Origin: a virus
Lineage: Duplodnaviria > Caudoviricetes
Length of the DNA stretch: 55,186 nucleotides
IMG/VR virus record: IMGVR_UViG_3300030104_000268
Location: 1 to 55,186 of that record
Strand: one strand, 5' to 3'
A model generated the notes under the pieces. That model was not told the origin of the DNA and searched no databases. It worked only from the letters and a program-made list of their open reading frames with translations. Each line of letters starts with the position of its first letter. Position 1 is the first letter of the stretch. Shown here one piece after another: positions 16,693-23,630 of the stretch. The translations under genes were made by a program, and so were the position numbers.

Positions 16693-16935
16693 ATGCAAAC
16701 TTTTAACATATACAAGGGATATGATAGAGACTTAACAGCAAAGCTAGGTGTGGCCTATTCTATGGCAGAAGCTAAAAGAAAAGCTAGAAACTTTGCTTTT
16801 AATGCTAATCTTTTAGCAATACCATCAGATCAATACCAAGCTTCTGTGATTACAGTTCGTGATGTTCTAGGCGGTTTACGGTTTGAAGTAAATTTAAAAG
16901 TACCAGAACAACATCAAGAGAGAGAAACAAAATGA
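16693..16935 (+). CDS. Early hypothetical protein
   Basis: AGGAG RBS, 80 aa. Confidence 0.65.
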   Translation: MQTFNIYKGYDRDLTAKLGVAYSMAEAKRKARNFAFNANLLAIPSDQYQASVITVRDVLGGLRFEVNLKVPEQHQERETK

Positions 16936-17186
16936 TTAATCAAGAGATAAAAAACCGTATCAAGATTTCTGTTGCAGCATATGCTTACGAATACCTTGAC
17001 GCACCTATTATGTCTGACGGTGACTTTGACGCATTGTCACAACTGATAGATACCAAAAAGAAAACGGGTAATGAAAAGCTAGACAAGTTTTTTGAGAAGC
17101 ATTTTGTTGCTGACAGTGGGATGTGGATACACAAGCATCCAGAAAAAGAGAAACTAAAATATCTATATGAGGAGTTTTATACATGA
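16932..17186 (+). CDS. Stand-alone NAD+-dependent DNA ligase domain Ia-like protein
   Basis: AYAYEYLDAPIMSDGDFDAL matches the LigA N-terminal YY..D.P.ISD..YD.L motif. Confidence 0.7.
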   Translation: MINQEIKNRIKISVAAYAYEYLDAPIMSDGDFDALSQLIDTKKKTGNEKLDKFFEKHFVADSGMWIHKHPEKEKLKYLYEEFYT

Positions 17187-17386
17187 CATATGAAAGCAAA
17201 GATAGACAATGGTTTGCCCTGAGTTGTTTAGGTAATCTATTTGCACTAGGCGACTGCGGGGACTTTGATGCCGCAACGGAAATTGCTGACGATTTAGGTT
17301 TGGACGCAATATGGATTGCAGATGTAGATACAGTCACGCAATGGATCAAAACAATACAAAGTAAACTTACTGAGATAGAGGTGTAA
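17183..17386 (+). CDS. Early hypothetical protein
   Basis: GAGGAG RBS; ATGA overlap. Confidence 0.65.
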   Translation: MTYESKDRQWFALSCLGNLFALGDCGDFDAATEIADDLGLDAIWIADVDTVTQWIKTIQSKLTEIEV

Positions 17387-17387
17387 A

Positions 17388-17588
17388 ATGAGTTTATATA
17401 CCATGATTGAAAATGATGCTGGTGGTTTAGGTGCAAGTGATATTGGTTTTATTCGTATTATTTGGAAAGATTACCTTACCATTGATGCTAAAACTAGGAA
17501 GCATAGGAAGGATAGGCATAAAGTTATTAGGGATATTTTAGAAGATAAACGAAAAGCAGAAAACCTATATGCAGATTGGGGGTTTTAA
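17388..17588 (+). CDS. Early hypothetical protein
   Basis: GAGGTG RBS, 66 aa. Confidence 0.6.
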   Translation: MSLYTMIENDAGGLGASDIGFIRIIWKDYLTIDAKTRKHRKDRHKVIRDILEDKRKAENLYADWGF

Positions 17589-17589
17589 A

Positions 17590-17676
17590 ATGAGTTTACT
17601 AGGTTCAATGTTGATTGGTGCCGTTATTACTTTGGTGGTGGTGGTGTTCTGTTATCTGCTAGTGATAAATTGGTGA
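17590..17676 (+). CDS. 28-aa single-TM peptide (not in ORF track)
   Basis: MSLLGSMLIGAVITLVVVVFCYLLVINW fills the gap. Confidence 0.45.
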   Translation: MSLLGSMLIGAVITLVVVVFCYLLVINW

Positions 17677-17687
17677 GGTGTAAGAGG

Positions 17688-17909
17688 ATGAAGATGATAG
17701 CAGAAGTATATAAAGAAAAAGGTAAAGAGCCTTGGAAGTATACCAGACAGGTGCTTGCTTCTGACGGTAAAATAGAAAGGCACACAACACGGTATAGTTC
17801 ATACAACTATGCATACCAGTTTGCCTATGATGATTTCAAGGCAGGAAAGATAAACATTCTTTATCTATACCATCCTTGGGGTACATTGAAGGATACTTTG
17901 TATGAATGA
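17688..17909 (+). CDS. Early hypothetical protein
   Basis: Start set at ATG 17688 after GAGG. Confidence 0.55.
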   Translation: MKMIAEVYKEKGKEPWKYTRQVLASDGKIERHTTRYSSYNYAYQFAYDDFKAGKINILYLYHPWGTLKDTLYE

Positions 17910-17919
17910 AGTGGAAGTA

Positions 17920-17965
17920 GTGACGTAACGTAACAATTGCAATACTAGGAAACATGAAATATACT
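17920..17965 (+). promoter_or_regulatory. Operator-like 17-mer (copy 2) abutting a sigma70 promoter
   Basis: GTGACGTAACGTAACAA immediately followed by TTGCAA-N17-TATACT. Confidence 0.65.
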
Positions 17966-17997
17966 TAGGATAGAACACAAACAAAGAGGAGAAAAAG

Positions 17998-18225
17998 ATG
18001 TTTGTAATTTTTGCTACTAAGCCACTTAATGATGGAACAAAGGGTTTTCGTTTTAACTTTGTAGGTAACAAGGGATTGTACCGCAAGCGTAAGAACGTGA
18101 AGCGTAACTTTAAGATTGACCGTAACGGTTGCATGACTGCTATTCACTTGGGCAAGCGTAGCCTATATATGGAACACAAAACCAACCGTAAAACTGAACG
18201 TAAACTCTGCCACTTTGCAGGGTAA
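17998..18225 (+). CDS. Basic early hypothetical protein
   Basis: GAGGAG RBS, 75 aa. Confidence 0.65.
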   Translation: MFVIFATKPLNDGTKGFRFNFVGNKGLYRKRKNVKRNFKIDRNGCMTAIHLGKRSLYMEHKTNRKTERKLCHFAG

Positions 18226-18236
18226 GGAGAAAGAAA

Positions 18237-18431
18237 ATGCTTACAATAAATCAAATTGCACAGATGGAAAGTTGCACCCACAATTCAAATATGCCCAGGG
18301 ATATCAGGGAATTGTTAAACTCAACATACTACAGTGAAAGTAAGAAGGATAACATGCCCATTGGTGAACTTTCACTACCACAATTCATAAGAGTTTTAAG
18401 AAAGTACAACATAGGAAAAGACAATGCTTAA
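18237..18431 (+). CDS. Early hypothetical protein
   Basis: AAGGAG RBS. Confidence 0.6.
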   Translation: MLTINQIAQMESCTHNSNMPRDIRELLNSTYYSESKKDNMPIGELSLPQFIRVLRKYNIGKDNA

Positions 18432-18783
18432 TAATATTTTACCAATTACAATTAATACTGGCGCATTTCCTGATGTGCCAGAAGAACACCTCAAAGAAAT
18501 GTTGGGTATACTCCCCTACTGGGTGGCCGACTATGATGTGTATGGACTAGAGACAGAAACACTAAAGGACTTCATGGAAAAAATGTATGGTCTTGGTAGT
18601 CTGTTTGAGATTGAAGGGGAAGTATTGGCTACTGGAAACTACAAGTCTAAGTATGAGGATGATCCTCTAATGCACTGGGTTGCAAGTATGAATTGTGCTT
18701 GGGGTACTGTGTACTTTTATGAGTGTGCAATACTTGCCTTGCCTATGCCTGATGGTGTACACTTTATAACAAGGATGGACTGA
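18424..18783 (+). CDS. Early hypothetical protein
   Basis: 119 aa, acidic; C-terminal F..RMD. Confidence 0.65.
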   Translation: MLNNILPITINTGAFPDVPEEHLKEMLGILPYWVADYDVYGLETETLKDFMEKMYGLGSLFEIEGEVLATGNYKSKYEDDPLMHWVASMNCAWGTVYFYECAILALPMPDGVHFITRMD

Positions 18784-18967
18784 TGATGAATAGGTATTAT
18801 GTTGAAATAAAAAGAGGCTTACAGCCTACATTAGATTCTGAGTTCTATGATGTAATTGGTTTTTACATCTATGCATATAGCAAAAGTCAAATCGTTGATA
18901 TGTTGGGAGATGAATATTTTCTAGTCACTGTGGATCAGACGGACTAAATAACAAGGATGGACTGATG
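18766..18967. repeat. 20-bp direct repeat (18766-18785 and 18948-18967) flanking one small gene
   Basis: ataacaaggatggactgatg occurs twice, 182 bp apart. Confidence 0.85.
18783..18947 (+). CDS. 54-aa hypothetical protein (not in ORF track)
   Basis: MMNRYYVEIKRGLQPTLDSEF...VDQTD; TGATG coupling. Confidence 0.55.
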   Translation: MMNRYYVEIKRGLQPTLDSEFYDVIGFYIYAYSKSQIVDMLGDEYFLVTVDQTD

Positions 18968-19135
18968 CAAGAAGAATTGAATTTAAACCATGAACCTAGC
19001 CTTGATCATTGGGCTAGGGCTTTGGCAGATAATGACGTAGAAACTGGTGAAATTTTAAATTGGGATCATGCATATGAAAGTGCTTGGATGTATTTATTAG
19101 AATTAAAGAAATGGCAAGGATGGGAGGCTGCGTAA
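18965..19135 (+). CDS. 56-aa hypothetical protein (not in ORF track)
   Basis: MQEELNLNHEPSLDHWA...WEAA; TAATG coupling downstream. Confidence 0.6.
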   Translation: MQEELNLNHEPSLDHWARALADNDVETGEILNWDHAYESAWMYLLELKKWQGWEAA

Positions 19136-19260
19136 TGAATAGGAAAGAATTTTTTGAGTGGTTGGAGACTTGCCCGACCCACAAGTGGGACATTACTGCT
19201 GACGAGTATGGTTATGTTGTGGTGTCCTTTCCCAACAATGAAGAACAGGAGATTGCTTAA
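19135..19260 (+). CDS. 41-aa hypothetical protein (not in ORF track)
   Basis: MNRKEFFEWLETCPTHKW...; GGAGG RBS; TAATG coupling on both sides. Confidence 0.6.
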   Translation: MNRKEFFEWLETCPTHKWDITADEYGYVVVSFPNNEEQEIA

Positions 19261-19385
19261 TGTTTAAGATGTATTACGAATGTCCATGTGGTGAAGAATG
19301 GGAAATGGAATGGGAGTGCTGTTGTAATGATCGTTGCCCATCATGCAACAGAGAAAATGAAGCAGTAGATAGTGAGGATATATAG
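19260..19385 (+). CDS. 41-aa Cys-rich zinc-finger microprotein (not in ORF track)
   Basis: YECPCGEEWEMEWECCCNDRCPSC; AGGAG RBS. Confidence 0.65.
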   Translation: MFKMYYECPCGEEWEMEWECCCNDRCPSCNRENEAVDSEDI

Positions 19386-19388
19386 TAT

Positions 19389-19874
19389 ATGCCAAAACCA
19401 GCCCTAAGTATTTCTTGGCTTTATGTGGATGGCAAGGATGAACTGATGCAAACTTGCCCGTGTTGTCACGCAGAAGTGAGCACATTGCACAGACATCACA
19501 TACTACCCAAAGTATTGGGTGGTGTGGATGATGAGAGTAACATAGTAAACTGTTGTGAGGAGTGTCATGGTAAGATACATGGTAGAGACATGCTACATCA
19601 CAGTGCTCTAACACGTGAAGGATTACGTAAGGCTAAAGCACGTGGTGTGTTGTTAGGTGGTGCAAGACCTAACAGCCAAGCACGGCACGATGCAGTTAAG
19701 GCATTGGCAGATGCAAAAGCAAAGGAGGTCAAACCAACAATTGAACAATTTAGAAACGATGGTTTAACTTATAGTGAGATTGCAGACAAATTAAACGAGG
19801 CAAATGTGCCTACTGCACGGGGAGGCAAATGGTATGACGGCACTGTGCAGAGATATAACAAGAGAGAAGTGTAA
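19389..19874 (+). CDS. HNH endonuclease fused to a serine-recombinase C-terminal-like DNA-binding domain
   Basis: CPCC..HRHHILP..LGG.D..SN...C..CH..IH, then TREGL..AKARG..LG and EIADKLN....TARGGKW. Confidence 0.7.
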   Translation: MPKPALSISWLYVDGKDELMQTCPCCHAEVSTLHRHHILPKVLGGVDDESNIVNCCEECHGKIHGRDMLHHSALTREGLRKAKARGVLLGGARPNSQARHDAVKALADAKAKEVKPTIEQFRNDGLTYSEIADKLNEANVPTARGGKWYDGTVQRYNKREV

Positions 19875-19885
19875 AGGTAAAGACG

Positions 19886-20038
19886 ATGCGAATAATACTT
19901 GACGATTTCACAAACCGAGAGTTTGATTTCTTAGCAGAAATGATCGATGAAAAGTTAATTGATATGGGGCATGAAACGGATGGCAACTTTGCCTTTACGT
20001 TGTCTGTTGAATTTGTGGAGAGTGACAATGAGAGTTGA
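19886..20038 (+). CDS. 50-aa acidic hypothetical protein (not in ORF track)
   Basis: MRIILDDFTNREFDFLAEMIDEKL...; AAGG RBS. Confidence 0.5.
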   Translation: MRIILDDFTNREFDFLAEMIDEKLIDMGHETDGNFAFTLSVEFVESDNES

Positions 20039-20081
20039 AGTCTACTTTAATCTACACAAACACTTGTTCTCTGTTCGTTAA
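20028..20081 (+). pseudogene. Truncated 17-codon remnant of a phage 'VYFNLH..FSVR' family gene
   Basis: GGAG RBS, then MRVEVYFNLHKHLFSVR and a stop; no continuation found in other frames. Confidence 0.5.
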
Positions 20082-20158
20082 AGCTGTAGCAATACAGTAT
20101 GCGAGAAGAATAACTGTTGCACAAAAACCCCTATGGTTTACAAAGGAAGTTGTAGGGG

Positions 20159-20186
20159 TTGACTATAAAAACTACTTGTGTATAAT
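20159..20186 (+). promoter_or_regulatory. Sigma70-type promoter upstream of integrase
   Basis: TTGACT-N16-TATAAT with TG extension. Confidence 0.55.
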
Positions 20187-20216
20187 TAACTGTAAGTTAA
20201 AACGAAAGGTAAAGCT

Positions 20217-21104
20217 ATGAGGTTTAGTAAGTCTGTATGTAAGTATTTAGATAGTAGAACTTATAACTCTTTAAGTTATAGTACAAAAAAGACTTACAAA
20301 TATAATCTAAACCGTATCAGTAATACTAAAGTATATGGTACACCTATGGCTACAAAGATGCTAAAAAGGATAGACTTTGATATATGCAATGAGTTGTACG
20401 ACACTTGGGAGTTTGAGGATAGCACTTCAAATGCTAATCACTTGGCTAGGGTATTCTCTGTACTAATGAACTACTATGTTGATAGGGAAGTAATACTAAG
20501 AAATCCAATGAGGAGAGTTAAAAAGAGGACTAGTGAACCAAGGTCAGTCATATGGAAACATGAACAGGTTATGTTGTTTCTGGATGTGGCCTTCACAAAC
20601 TTTGACTGGAGAAACATTGGACTAATAGTGCTGATGTGTTATGAGTGGAGCCAAAGACCAGTGGACATACGCAACTTAACATTTAATAACATTAACTGGA
20701 AGGATAGATTTGTAACTATAAAACAGACTAAACGTGGTGCCACAGTAGAACTACCCATAACAGATGAACTCTACCCTATGCTTGAACAGCAGTTTCAGGA
20801 CTGGGGGTTTCAGGACTATGTAGTACCACACCACAGGGCTTCTGATGGGGCTTACAGGCCGCTAACAGTTTTACAGATGACCACCCTACTGAAAGAAGTT
20901 AAGGCTACTGCTGGACTTCCTGATGACCTACAGGTGGGTGATCTACGTAAGACTGGTATAGTCCAGATGATTGAGGGGCAGGTGGATCACTTGGCTATTC
21001 AGTCTGTAACAGGACACAAGAATGTTAGTAGTCTTAACCCGTACAATAAGTTTAACTTGGAAACAGCAAAATCTGCATTAGATAGGAGAGTTAAATGCCA
21101 CTAG
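20217..21104 (+). CDS. int: Tyrosine recombinase / integrase
   Basis: QRPVD (Arg I), QTKRG (Lys), DLRKT (Arg II), TGH, catalytic Tyr in LNPY. Confidence 0.85.
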   Translation: MRFSKSVCKYLDSRTYNSLSYSTKKTYKYNLNRISNTKVYGTPMATKMLKRIDFDICNELYDTWEFEDSTSNANHLARVFSVLMNYYVDREVILRNPMRRVKKRTSEPRSVIWKHEQVMLFLDVAFTNFDWRNIGLIVLMCYEWSQRPVDIRNLTFNNINWKDRFVTIKQTKRGATVELPITDELYPMLEQQFQDWGFQDYVVPHHRASDGAYRPLTVLQMTTLLKEVKATAGLPDDLQVGDLRKTGIVQMIEGQVDHLAIQSVTGHKNVSSLNPYNKFNLETAKSALDRRVKCH

Positions 21105-21340
21105 TAGAGAATGACTATGATGAAGAAGATATAGCTTTTGAGGATGGACTTGAAGAAGCCGTAAAAAAGTTTGCTGAAAGTTTAGATATAGATGGACTAA
21201 GAGAGTATGTCAGGCATGATTTATATGAGTATTACTCAGAGGATGCAGACTATGATGAGGCTTGGAATTTTATAGACTGGATAACATATAAAGAAAGAAA
21301 GAAAAGGCAAGAAGCTGATGATCAAAAACCCAATGGCTAA
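21095..21340 (+). CDS. Acidic hypothetical protein
   Basis: AGGAG RBS; D/E-rich. Confidence 0.6.
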   Translation: MPLVENDYDEEDIAFEDGLEEAVKKFAESLDIDGLREYVRHDLYEYYSEDADYDEAWNFIDWITYKERKKRQEADDQKPNG

Positions 21341-21443
21341 AGACTTGCGGCAACCAAAGTACAAGTCCCAGTCTATACCAGACAAGAAGAAACCTAAGCC
21401 AGTTCGTAAAACAAAACATAAAAAAGATAAGTTTGAGGAGTGA
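21318..21443 (+). CDS. 41-aa basic microprotein, ArfA-like pattern (not in ORF track)
   Basis: MIKNPMAKDLRQPKYKSQSIPDKKKPKPVRKTKHKKDKFEE. Confidence 0.6.
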   Translation: MIKNPMAKDLRQPKYKSQSIPDKKKPKPVRKTKHKKDKFEE

Positions 21444-21446
21444 GAT

Positions 21447-21839
21447 ATGCTTAATACAATTCTAATGTGCCTTGCACTTAACGTGTACCATGAAACTAGG
21501 GGTGAACCTATGAGTGAGGGCTACGCAGTATCACATGTTGTATTAAACCGTGTTAAGCATGACCGTTGGCCTGATGATGTTTGCTCTGTCGTAAAGCAGG
21601 GGTACAAAAAGGGTAGTGAAAAGTGTCAGTTTAGTTGGTACTGTGATGGTAAACCAGACACACCCTATGAGAAAAAGGCTTGGGCATTATCTCAGTTGAT
21701 AGCACATGATGTGCTTGATGGAACTGTGCCTGACAATACAAACGGTGCTACCCACTACCATGCACACTATGTCAACCCTTGGTGGGCAAAAGAGTTAACC
21801 AAAACTGTGTCACTAAAGACACACATATATTACAAATAA
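21447..21839 (+). CDS. Cell wall hydrolase, SleB/Hydrolase_2 family
   Basis: CLALNVYHETRGE, VVLNRV, CQFSW, GATHYH, HIYY motifs. Confidence 0.9.
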   Translation: MLNTILMCLALNVYHETRGEPMSEGYAVSHVVLNRVKHDRWPDDVCSVVKQGYKKGSEKCQFSWYCDGKPDTPYEKKAWALSQLIAHDVLDGTVPDNTNGATHYHAHYVNPWWAKELTKTVSLKTHIYYK

Positions 21840-21854
21840 TTAAAGGAGATAGGC

Positions 21855-22082
21855 ATGAAAATCGTAAGGACTAGTATGTTGACAGACAACACAAACAGTT
21901 GGGAGATTGATGTGACAGAGGATCAACTAGCCGACTGGCAGTCTGGAACTTTAATACATAACGCAATGCCACACTTATCACCAGAGGAGAGGGAGTTTAT
22001 TATGACTGGTGTTATGCCTGATGAATGGCCTAACTGTCCTGATGATGTGTGCATAATAGATCAGGAGTGGGATGAGTTATGA
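21855..22082 (+). CDS. Conserved phage hypothetical protein
   Basis: W..G.LI.NAMPHLS.EEREFIMTG motif; AAGGAG RBS. Confidence 0.7.
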   Translation: MKIVRTSMLTDNTNSWEIDVTEDQLADWQSGTLIHNAMPHLSPEEREFIMTGVMPDEWPNCPDDVCIIDQEWDEL

Positions 22083-22237
22083 GAAGAACTAGCATGGTTG
22101 AATGTCCTTGGTGCAAGGATTTATTTAATTGGAGAGAAGACAGAGAGTGTCCACACTGCAAAGACAAGTATCAGTGTGTTAGTTGTGGAGCACCTACCAA
22201 GAATACATGGTGTGGTTTTTGTTTGGAGGAAGAATGA
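22079..22237 (+). CDS. 52-aa double zinc-ribbon microprotein (not in ORF track)
   Basis: Four CxxC pairs (CPWC, CPHC, CVSC, CGFC); ATGA overlaps at both ends. Confidence 0.7.
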   Translation: MRRTSMVECPWCKDLFNWREDRECPHCKDKYQCVSCGAPTKNTWCGFCLEEE

Positions 22238-22506
22238 TGAAATGGTTTGTAATGATATTCTTTTTAACGTACCATCAAGACGGTACAAGGGATACGTTTG
22301 TGTTTACCAATCCTACCTTTGATGACAGAGCTACTTGCATGGCTACATTAAACAACAAGGATGAGATAGCAAAGTATGTTATGGGATTAGTAGATGCCTA
22401 CAATGGTATGATACCTGGCCCTATTGAGTTGGTTAACTGTATAAACCAAGAACAGTTTGATGAACTTGAAAGGTTAAGAAGGGAGGAGGGTAAACTTGAC
22501 ACCTAG
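22234..22506 (+). CDS. Hypothetical secreted/membrane protein
   Basis: GGAGG RBS; MMKWFVMIFF hydrophobic start. Confidence 0.6.
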   Translation: MMKWFVMIFFLTYHQDGTRDTFVFTNPTFDDRATCMATLNNKDEIAKYVMGLVDAYNGMIPGPIELVNCINQEQFDELERLRREEGKLDT

Positions 22507-22681
22507 AGAAGAAGCACAGATAGAAGCAGAAAAAACTTATGCTTTGTTTATTGATAAGAGTAAGAAGGTTATGATAGTGTGTATTATAACATTAATATTT
22601 ATAGCTTGGTTTAGTGACTGGGATACCCCCACTAATTATAATGGCGAAGTATATGCACCAATGAACGTGGGAGATTATTGA
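22496..22681 (+). CDS. Small membrane protein
   Basis: TTG start with GGAGG RBS; one TM segment. Confidence 0.6.
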   Translation: MTPREEAQIEAEKTYALFIDKSKKVMIVCIITLIFIAWFSDWDTPTNYNGEVYAPMNVGDY

Positions 22682-23436
22682 TGATAAAAGTAACATACAT
22701 AGACCACATGGGTAGTGATGTATCTGTAGTCAACGCAGCCAGAGTTAGCTTTGGTAAGAAGACTACGCTAGATCAGACGTTACCAGAGGATGACAGACTA
22801 ATACGATATCTAGCTGAACATGAACATATGTCACCCTTTGGTCACTGCTTTGCCAGCTTTCACATTAAGGCTCCTGTGTTTGTAGCTAGGCAGTTGGTTA
22901 AGCATAAGTTTCTACGTTGGAATGAGATCAGCCGTAGGTATGTAGATCAATTACCCTCTTATTACACACCTAAGTTTAGACACGCAGCCAGGAACAAGAA
23001 GCAAGGATCAGGTGACGAAATGGCTATAAGTCACCAGCAAGACGCAGTGCTTGAACAAGTGTATATTAAAGCACATGAGTCCTACAAGTATTTAATTAAG
23101 ACAGGGGTATGTCCAGAGCAAGCACGTATAGTGTTACCTCAAGGTGTTATGACTGAGTGGTACTGGTCAGGTAGTCTTGATGCCTTTGCTGACATGTGCA
23201 ACCTAAGACTAGCACTAGACACACAATACGAAACACGGCTGGTTGCTACACAAATTAGTGACGGGATGCAAAAATTATTTCCTGTGTCATGGGCAGCACT
23301 GGTAAAAAACTCACTACCTAAACCAGTAAACAAAAAGATTAGACCCATGACTGATGAGGAAAGAGGTAGAGCAACAGAGAGAAAAGAAATAAATCAGGTA
23401 TGGTATAATGGTGATGGTTCAGAGTTGTTTGATTAA
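22678..23436 (+). CDS. thyX: Flavin-dependent thymidylate synthase
   Basis: AARVSF, H.SPF.H, ARQLVKH...NEISRRY, EQAR.VLP motifs. Confidence 0.92.
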   Translation: MMIKVTYIDHMGSDVSVVNAARVSFGKKTTLDQTLPEDDRLIRYLAEHEHMSPFGHCFASFHIKAPVFVARQLVKHKFLRWNEISRRYVDQLPSYYTPKFRHAARNKKQGSGDEMAISHQQDAVLEQVYIKAHESYKYLIKTGVCPEQARIVLPQGVMTEWYWSGSLDAFADMCNLRLALDTQYETRLVATQISDGMQKLFPVSWAALVKNSLPKPVNKKIRPMTDEERGRATERKEINQVWYNGDGSELFD

Positions 23437-23441
23437 GTGCA

Positions 23442-23630
23442 ATGATGCAACTAATAAACATAATAGTATCTTCATACGTATTGACTTTGTTTGTTGTGGG
23501 GTTTATGGTGACAGTGGGTGTTGATGTTAAAAGTATTAATAGTCAAGACACATATGTAATAGTATTACAGACTATTTTAATACTGATGGTGTTGATAAAG
23601 ATAAGGAGATTTATTTATGGCAGAGGGTGA
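23442..23630 (+). CDS. Two-TM membrane protein
   Basis: Hydrophobic 62-aa ORF. Confidence 0.45.
   Translation: MMQLINIIVSSYVLTLFVVGFMVTVGVDVKSINSQDTYVIVLQTILILMVLIKIRRFIYGRG

Noticed and set aside
20035-20220. 61-aa ORF from the track as a real gene
   Set aside because: TTG start without RBS, and it runs through the predicted int promoter; the overlapping 20028 frame has the better RBS.
22098-22322. 74-aa ORF from the track
   Set aside because: The region is better explained by the coupled 22079-22237 Zn-ribbon ORF and the 22234 start.
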